Below, piece by piece: positions 62,621-64,000 of a stretch of DNA of 64,000 nucleotides. This stretch comes from Acidobacteriota bacterium (GTDB lineage: Bacteria; Acidobacteriota; Vicinamibacteria; Vicinamibacterales; JAKQTR01): NCBI GenBank assembly GCA_040752275.1, contig JBFMFH010000121.1:10849-74848 (forward strand). The letters run 5' to 3'. The position numbers were made by a program, and so were the translations under genes. The stretch's first letter is position 1. Each line of letters starts with the position of its first letter. A model generated the notes under the pieces. The model was given only the letters and a program-made list of their open reading frames with translations, ran no database searches and was not told the DNA's origin.

Positions 62621-63262
62621 TCATTCTGCCGCCCCTGCCTCATCCAGGAGCGCCGTCATCAGGTCTCCGGCCCGAGCCTCGTCCCCGGACGCGATGGCCT
62701 CGACGAACCCGGCATCGATGAGCGTACTGATGGAGCGCCGGATCCGGGCCGAGTCCCAGCCCGCGTCCATCAGCCGCTCGCGAAGGCGGCCCAACCGTTC
62801 GACGGCCTGTTCGTACTCCGGACCGAACTGCCGCTCGAGACGCTCGCGCAGCACCCGGGCCAACGACGGGCACTGGCCGTCGGTCGCAACGGCCACCGTC
62901 AGGAGCCCGCGGCGGACGACGGCCGGAACCGTGTAGGTGCACAGGGCCGGGCGGTCCACGATGTTTACGAGCGCGCCCCAGACGCGTGCGTCCTTCGCCA
63001 CCTGTCGGTTGACGTCGTCGTCATCGGTGGCCCCGACGACGAGGAACGCCCCGCGGGCGTCTCCCGGCTCGAACCGGCGGCGGACCACTTCGATCCGTCC
63101 GTCGCGCTCGAGTTGGATCACCGCATCCCCGATCTCCGGAGCGATCACCGTCACCGCGGCGCCCGCGTCCGCGAGCGCGGCGATCTTGCGGCCGGCGACC
63201 GAACCTGCTCCGACGACGAGCGCCGGGCGGCCTTGCACGTCGAGGTTGACCACATAGCCCAT
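62621..63262 (-). CDS. Precorrin-2 dehydrogenase / sirohydrochlorin ferrochelatase (SirC / CysG N-domain-like)
   Basis: Start MGYVVNLDVQGRPALVVGAGSVAGRKIAAL at 63262. Rossmann motif and TVAVATDGQCPSLAR, typical of siroheme synthase N-terminal domains. Confidence 0.75.
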   Translation of the reverse strand: MGYVVNLDVQGRPALVVGAGSVAGRKIAALADAGAAVTVIAPEIGDAVIQLERDGRIEVVRRRFEPGDARGAFLVVGATDDDDVNRQVAKDARVWGALVNIVDRPALCTYTVPAVVRRGLLTVAVATDGQCPSLARVLRERLERQFGPEYEQAVERLGRLRERLMDAGWDSARIRRSISTLIDAGFVEAIASGDEARAGDLMTALLDEAGAAE

Positions 63263-63269
63263 CGTCCCG

Positions 63270-64000
63270 TCACCCTCCGGACCCGGCAGCGCCGCACCGG
63301 GACCCGCCGAGCTTTTCCCGCAGGCGGACCACGTCACCGACGACGAGCGTCGCGGGTGCCGGAACGCCGGCCGCCTCGACGAGGTCGGCGATCGTACCCA
63401 GGGTTCCCGTGACGATCTGTTCGTCGTCCCAGAACGCCGCGTGGATGACCGCCGCCGGCGTCGATGCCGGGCGACCGTGCTCCATCAGCCGTCCGGTGGT
63501 GCGCCGCAGGCTCTGCAGCGCCATCACGAAGACCAGCGTCGGCATTCGACTGAGCGCCTCCCAGTCGAGCTGGCTGTCTCCATCCTGCAGTTCGTGGCCG
63601 GTGGCGAATGCCACGCACGAGGCGACTCCGCGGTGCGTGACTGGAATCAGCGCTCTGAGGGGAGCCGCAACCGTGGACGACACCCCCGGCACGACCTCGA
63701 AGGGCACCCCGTGTTCGGCCAGCGCCTCAGCTTCCTCGCCGCCGCGACCGAACATGAAGGGGTCGCCGCCCTTCAGCCGCACGACCATCTTCCCCTCGCG
63801 GGCCTTGGCCAGGAGGATCTCATGAATGCGGTCCTGCTGGGTGACGGGGCCGCCGATGATCTTCCCCACGAACACGCGCTCGGCTCCTGGCCTCGCGCGC
63901 GACAGCACGTGTTCCTGGATCAGCCGATCATAGACGATGACGTCGGCCGCCTCGATGAGCGAGGCGGCGCGCACGGTGAGCAGGTCCGGGTGACCCGGCC
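63270..64000 (-). CDS. cobA: Uroporphyrinogen-III C-methyltransferase (SUMT); N-terminus beyond the right edge
   Basis: GPGHPDLLTVRAASLIEAADVIVYDRL, RLKGGDPFMFGRGGEE and VVPGVSS motifs. The reading frame continues to position 64000. Confidence 0.88.
   Translation of the reverse strand, partial: PGHPDLLTVRAASLIEAADVIVYDRLIQEHVLSRARPGAERVFVGKIIGGPVTQQDRIHEILLAKAREGKMVVRLKGGDPFMFGRGGEEAEALAEHGVPFEVVPGVSSTVAAPLRALIPVTHRGVASCVAFATGHELQDGDSQLDWEALSRMPTLVFVMALQSLRRTTGRLMEHGRPASTPAAVIHAAFWDDEQIVTGTLGTIADLVEAAGVPAPATLVVGDVVRLREKLGGSRCGAAGSGG

Noticed and set aside
1-64000. Looked for CRISPR arrays, IS elements/transposases, integrases, tRNA/rRNA genes, toxin-antitoxin pairs and phage defence genes.
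   Set aside because: No regularly spaced direct repeats, no transposase- or integrase-like translations in any frame of the ORF track, and no tRNA-like cloverleaf candidates in the few spacers. The window appears to be purely metabolic, signalling and transport genes.

Overview
High-GC bacterial chromosomal segment. I found no rRNA, tRNA, CRISPR array or mobile element by eye. Almost all long ORFs antisense to the genes below are GC-driven shadow ORFs.

(1) Positions 1-27712, all on the minus strand, form a nearly complete dissimilatory sulfate-reduction supercluster. Reading 5'->3' on the minus strand it contains: a TauE/TSUP permease, a TIGR02186-like protein, aprBA, a Zn-ribbon/YkgJ pair, qmoABC, dsrAB-dsrD-dsrL-dsrC, a dsrT-like gene, dsrMKJOP-dsrN, sat with a second NarI/HdrD-like membrane module, then hemA and hemC.

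(2) Positions 62621-64000 carry siroheme genes (a sirC-like gene and cobA).

(3) Positions 28095-62572 form a ~34-kb block between them. It contains a membrane pyrophosphatase (hppA) and a YeiH-like transporter. The rest is built from a few recurring, poorly characterised families:
- Five paralogues of an atypical PpsA-like protein. Each has an ATP-grasp domain and a swivel-His domain but no recognisable PEP/pyruvate TIM barrel, plus conserved novel N- and C-terminal domains. My working label is PpsL-1..5.
- Four histidine kinases.
- Five receiver-only response regulators. No DNA-binding or other output domain occurs anywhere in the window.
- Three cytidylate-kinase-like proteins: two with a BON domain, one membrane-anchored.
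- Three long TauE/TSUP permeases. Two of them sit in a duplicated trio of small membrane protein, TSUP permease and small lipoprotein.

Stop/start overlaps link RR->PpsL, PpsL->PpsL and PpsL->HK. This block is my candidate for an undescribed signalling/transport system tied to sulfate reduction. All functional calls come from reading the translated ORFs against remembered family signatures. No searches were run.
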